From: Abditibacteriaceae bacterium
GTDB lineage: Bacteria > Armatimonadota > Abditibacteriia > Abditibacteriales > Abditibacteriaceae
Assembly (NCBI GenBank): GCA_031372065.1
Contig: JANMKN010000247.1
Coordinates: forward strand, 1 to 10,847
Direction: 5' to 3'
Length of the DNA: 10,847 nt
In this document: positions 8,086 through 10,847 of the stretch, piece after piece
Position numbering within the stretch: the stretch's first letter is position 1
How the letters are laid out: the number at the start of each line of letters is the position of its first letter
Translations under genes and position numbers: made by a program
The notes under the pieces: model-generated
The model's database searches: none
What the model was told of the DNA's origin: nothing
What the model saw: only the letters and a program-made list of their open reading frames with translations

Positions 8086-8829
8086 ATGTTGCACACGATG
8101 TTGGTCGAAGACAACGAAAAATTGCGTCCGGCTTTAATTGCGGGCTTGGAAGCCACGGGCGAAGTGACGATTGATTTTTCCTGCGATAGCGGCGAAAAAG
8201 CGCTTGCGCATTGCCTTGAAGAAAACGCGGCGCGGCCTGATGTGGTTTTGATGGATGTGCAACTGGCGGGTCAAATGAACGGCATCGAAGCCGCCATTGC
8301 CTTGCGCCGCGAATTTCCTCGTTTGCCGGTGGTGTTTTATTCGATTCAAGACGACGACGCCTACTACCGCGACTTCCGGCGCAGCGGCATTCTCAGCCAT
8401 TACGCTTATGTGCGCAAATCGAATTTTCTGTTGCCGCAAATGATCCTGCCGCTACTCAAAGACGCCCACGGCGGGCGCTCTTTTATTGACCCGGAAATCG
8501 AATCGCGCGTGCAAGAAGTGCGGCGCAAAGACGAACAATCGCCGATGGCGCTTTTGGAGCCGAACGAACAAGCCGTCGCGCAAATGCTGGCGCGTGGCAT
8601 GACCAACGAACAAATCGCTACAAAAATGGGTTTCCGTGACAAGCGCACCATTTCACGCGTCAACGGCCAAATTTATACTTCGTGGGGCCTAAATGACACC
8701 ACAACCGACGAAAAAGTCGCCCGCACACGCGCCACTTTAATTTTGCGCGCCGGACGACTTATCGAATGGGACGACGAGGGCATAGCGCGCGTCAAAGGCG
8801 AACGCGGCTGGGAAATTTGGGACGCGTAG
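8086..8829 (+). CDS. NarL/LuxR-type response regulator (REC + HTH) with C-terminal extension
   Basis: MLVEDN acidic pocket, phospho-Asp in DVVLMDVQL, Ser in FYSIQ, Lys in YVRKS, GGRSFIDPEI linker, LuxR-like LEPNEQAVAQMLARGMTNEQIA...KRTI...IY. GAAAGG upstream of ATG 8086, preferred over GTG 8023. Confidence 0.93.
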   Translation: MLHTMLVEDNEKLRPALIAGLEATGEVTIDFSCDSGEKALAHCLEENAARPDVVLMDVQLAGQMNGIEAAIALRREFPRLPVVFYSIQDDDAYYRDFRRSGILSHYAYVRKSNFLLPQMILPLLKDAHGGRSFIDPEIESRVQEVRRKDEQSPMALLEPNEQAVAQMLARGMTNEQIATKMGFRDKRTISRVNGQIYTSWGLNDTTTDEKVARTRATLILRAGRLIEWDDEGIARVKGERGWEIWDA

Positions 8830-8836
8830 GCGCCGG

Positions 8837-8872
8837 AAAAGCAGTGAGTTAAGAGCAAAACTCACTGCTTTT
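8837..8872 (+). terminator. Hairpin, candidate intrinsic terminator of the response regulator
   Basis: Perfect 14-bp stem AAAAGCAGTGAGTT / AACTCACTGCTTTT with an 8-nt loop, 7 bp after the TAG. The U-tract is short (4). Confidence 0.55.
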
Positions 8873-9081
8873 GCCGTAAAACTCACTTGTTTTAGAGTAA
8901 AACACGCAAGTTTTGAAGCAAAACACGTGAGCTTTGAAGCAAAACACGCGAGTTTTAGAGCAAAACACGTGAGTTTTGGCCTCAACTCACTGAATTAAGA
9001 GTAAAACAAGCGAGCTTTGGAGCAAAACAAGCGACTTTTATGGCAAAAGCAGTGAGTTTTGCTCTTAAACTCACTGCTTTT
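8837..9081. repeat. Array of twelve 20-21-bp palindromic units with ~57-bp terminal inverted repeats
   Basis: Units start at 8837, 8857, 8878, 8899, 8920, 8941, 8962, 8982, 9003, 9024, 9045 and 9066; consensus AAAAC-N6-GTTTT-N5. 8837-8893 is the reverse complement of 9024-9081 with 3 mismatches and 1 indel. Confidence 0.93.
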
Positions 9082-9083
9082 GC
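9043..9083 (-). terminator. Hairpin, candidate intrinsic terminator of the small membrane protein gene
   Basis: Perfect 17-bp stem GCAAAAGCAGTGAGTTT / AAACTCACTGCTTTTGC with a 7-nt loop, 27 bp beyond the stop at 9111. Confidence 0.5.
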
Positions 9084-9110
9084 TGCCATTCCGTGTGGAA
9101 AGAGGGTTGT

Positions 9111-9296
9111 TCAATCCAATTCGCGGCCACGCAACTGCGTGTGGAATTCGGGATGATACGGCAGATGATACGGCTCGGCGCGTCGGTGGTCGTAATGGCC
9201 GTTTTCGTAGCCCACAACGTGGGCGAAGAAGAGGACAAATGCGACCAAGGGAACGAATGTCAACACGAAGGAAAAGAAAATGATTACCGCTGCCAT
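9111..9296 (-). CDS. 61-aa small single-TM protein with His/Tyr/Pro-rich tail
   Basis: Strong Shine-Dalgarno GGAGGTG just upstream of ATG. One ~24-residue hydrophobic stretch, then HYDHRRAEPYHLPYHPEFH. It fills an otherwise empty gap without overlapping a real gene. Confidence 0.72.
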   Translation of the reverse strand: MAAVIIFFSFVLTFVPLVAFVLFFAHVVGYENGHYDHRRAEPYHLPYHPEFHTQLRGRELD

Positions 9297-9408
9297 GAGG
9301 CACCTCCAAGGAATTCACGTCAACAAACTCGTAATTTAATTTCGCCTATATCAAACACGAAAAAATCCTCATTTTGGCCGATTGTGGAAAGCACATTCAT
9401 CTTTCATC

Positions 9409-10847
9409 ATGCGCAATTTCGTTTTAACGTTTCCTGAACTGCTGCTCGATTGGGGGCTGGGCGCCACTTCGCTGTTCAACACCATTATCTTGCTGTGGCT
9501 CGGCTTCACGGTGCTGCTCAACGCCGAAAAGCGCGCGTGGGGCACCATGTTGGCGGGCACGGGAATGTTGCTGGGCGGCGTGTTCTTTTTGGTTCATACG
9601 GCGACGCTGGATTACACATGGGAAGCGCTTTATTCCAATATTCGCTCGTGGTGGTATTTGTGCTGGGCCTGCGTTTTGGCGCTGCCTTTGGGCTGGTATG
9701 TTTTGATGTTGTGGTATGCCGGATTTTGGACGCAAAACCAAACGCGGGCCGCTTTAAAAACCGCGCCTTCACTGCGACGCCATTGCGCCGGACTTTTCAT
9801 CGCGGCGTGCTTGGGCGCTTTGATGGCAATTTTGATTGTTATTGCCGACCCATCGCGCATTTTCGCGCAAGTCGCCTATCAAGAATCGAACCCATTGGCG
9901 TTTCATGGCATCCCCTTGCTTTTGGCCGCCTGTCCCTTATATTTATTGGCTTGCCTGATGCTATCTCTTGATGCCTTGGGCAGCACGGGGACAACATGGC
10001 ATCCGGTCAACAAAGCGTTAGATGATGTGGCGCGAAGGCGGGCGCGTCCGTGGCTGATGGCTTCCACCGGCGTGCAATTAATTTCGTCGCTTTGCGTTGG
10101 CGCGCTGCTGGTTTGGATCGTTTGGAAAGCGCACAATATGCAAGCGACTTACACACTTTTTACGCGCTTGGCGATGGCGGTTATGGTGGCGGACTTAGTG
10201 ATTTCTTCACTTGTCGGTGTGGCTGTGGTTTTGATGGGCAAAGCGGTAGTATCTTATGAAATTTTCACAGGAAAAACCTTGCCGCGACGCGGTTTTTTGC
10301 GGCAGTGGCGCAATATCGTGGCTGTAGCGATGGCCTATTCGATTTTAGTTTCGCTGTGCTGGGCGGCGCCGATGCGCCCGGTTTATCCACTTTTATTAAC
10401 CACCGTTTTGATGAGCGTTTTCTTCGCGTTATTTTCGTGGCGCGGCTATGCGGAACGCGAAAACTACGTCGCGCAATTGCGGCCCTTTGTGGCGAGTCAA
10501 GGCTTGTATGAGCAACTGCTCGATAGCGAAAACGCGCACGAGAAAATAGATGCGACGGCGCCCTTTTGGGCCTTATGCGGCGATATTTTAGGCGTCGAAG
10601 CGGCTTATTTGGTCGCCGTCGGGCCATTGGCGCCTTTAGTCGGCGCGCCTCTGGTTTATCCGCCTGAACGCCGTGTCAGCGCGCCGCCTCTCGATGAGAT
10701 TCTGCCCAAGTTATCGCCGAAAACGCTGTGCATCGCGCTTGACCCGGCGCAGACCGGCGGCATTGTTTGGGCCGTGCCGTTGTGGAGCGAACGCGGCTTA
10801 ATTGGCGTGCTACTCCTCGGCGAAAAACGTGACGGTGGCCTGTATAC
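9409..10847 (+). CDS. Multi-TM membrane sensor with GAF-like domain, probably a sensor histidine kinase (3'-truncated by the window)
   Basis: Manual translation is open for 479 codons to the edge: MRNFVLTFPELLLDWGLGATSLFNTIILLWLGFTVLLNAEKRAWG... About 9 hydrophobic helices, then AVPLWSERGLIGVLLLGEKRDGGLY, typical of the end of a GAF domain. The output domain is not visible. Confidence 0.85.
   Translation, partial: MRNFVLTFPELLLDWGLGATSLFNTIILLWLGFTVLLNAEKRAWGTMLAGTGMLLGGVFFLVHTATLDYTWEALYSNIRSWWYLCWACVLALPLGWYVLMLWYAGFWTQNQTRAALKTAPSLRRHCAGLFIAACLGALMAILIVIADPSRIFAQVAYQESNPLAFHGIPLLLAACPLYLLACLMLSLDALGSTGTTWHPVNKALDDVARRRARPWLMASTGVQLISSLCVGALLVWIVWKAHNMQATYTLFTRLAMAVMVADLVISSLVGVAVVLMGKAVVSYEIFTGKTLPRRGFLRQWRNIVAVAMAYSILVSLCWAAPMRPVYPLLLTTVLMSVFFALFSWRGYAERENYVAQLRPFVASQGLYEQLLDSENAHEKIDATAPFWALCGDILGVEAAYLVAVGPLAPLVGAPLVYPPERRVSAPPLDEILPKLSPKTLCIALDPAQTGGIVWAVPLWSERGLIGVLLLGEKRDGGLY

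Noticed and set aside
8737..8985. 82-aa heptad-repeat ORF (KLTCFAL/KLACFAS...)
   Set aside because: By-product of the 21-bp DNA period. It has a TTG start, overlaps the regulator 3' end in antisense, and the 20-bp units break the frame. Conservation follows DNA symmetry, not codons.
8837..9081. CRISPR array (GTTTTAGAGC at 8952-8961 matches the start of type II-A repeats)
   Set aside because: The period is only 21 bp with 5-6-nt variable parts, so there are no spacer-length unique sequences. No cas genes are in the window, and the 10-nt match is plausibly chance.
8995..9437. ORFs 8995-9318 (-), 9059-9283 (+) and 9093-9437 (+)
   Set aside because: They have non-ATG starts and unprotein-like composition or overlap with the repeat or sensor gene. 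The 61-aa ORF with a strong SD explains the interval better.
10480..10494. LRPFV in the sensor matching LRPFV/LRPFI in the paired membrane proteins
   Set aside because: A five-residue match with no flanking similarity; treated as coincidence.
9450..10627. ORF-track ORFs 9450-9971, 10050-10259, 10305-10511 and the antisense ORFs here
   Set aside because: They are shadow frames of the long uninterrupted CDS starting at 9409.

Overview
Bacterial chromosomal window (roughly 50% GC by eye) with nine well-supported large CDSs and one small one. On the minus strand: an SDR oxidoreductase, a cytoplasmic GAF-GAF hybrid histidine kinase and a GT2 glycosyltransferase. On the plus strand: two probably exported hydrolases (beta-lactamase-family serine hydrolase and nucleoside hydrolase-like protein). 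A tandem pair of paralogous multi-pass membrane proteins (minus) is divergent from a NarL/LuxR-type response regulator. A 61-aa membrane peptide (minus) follows. From 9409 a ~9-TM + GAF-like sensor protein runs off the right edge; it is absent from the ORF track. The most striking non-coding feature is a 245-bp element (8837-9081) of twelve ~21-bp palindromic units (AAAAC-N6-GTTTT-N5) whose ends form ~57-bp inverted repeats. A motif-related 41-bp-period repeat lies at the left edge. No rRNA, tRNA, cas gene or transposase was recognised. All family assignments come from motif recognition, not database searches.
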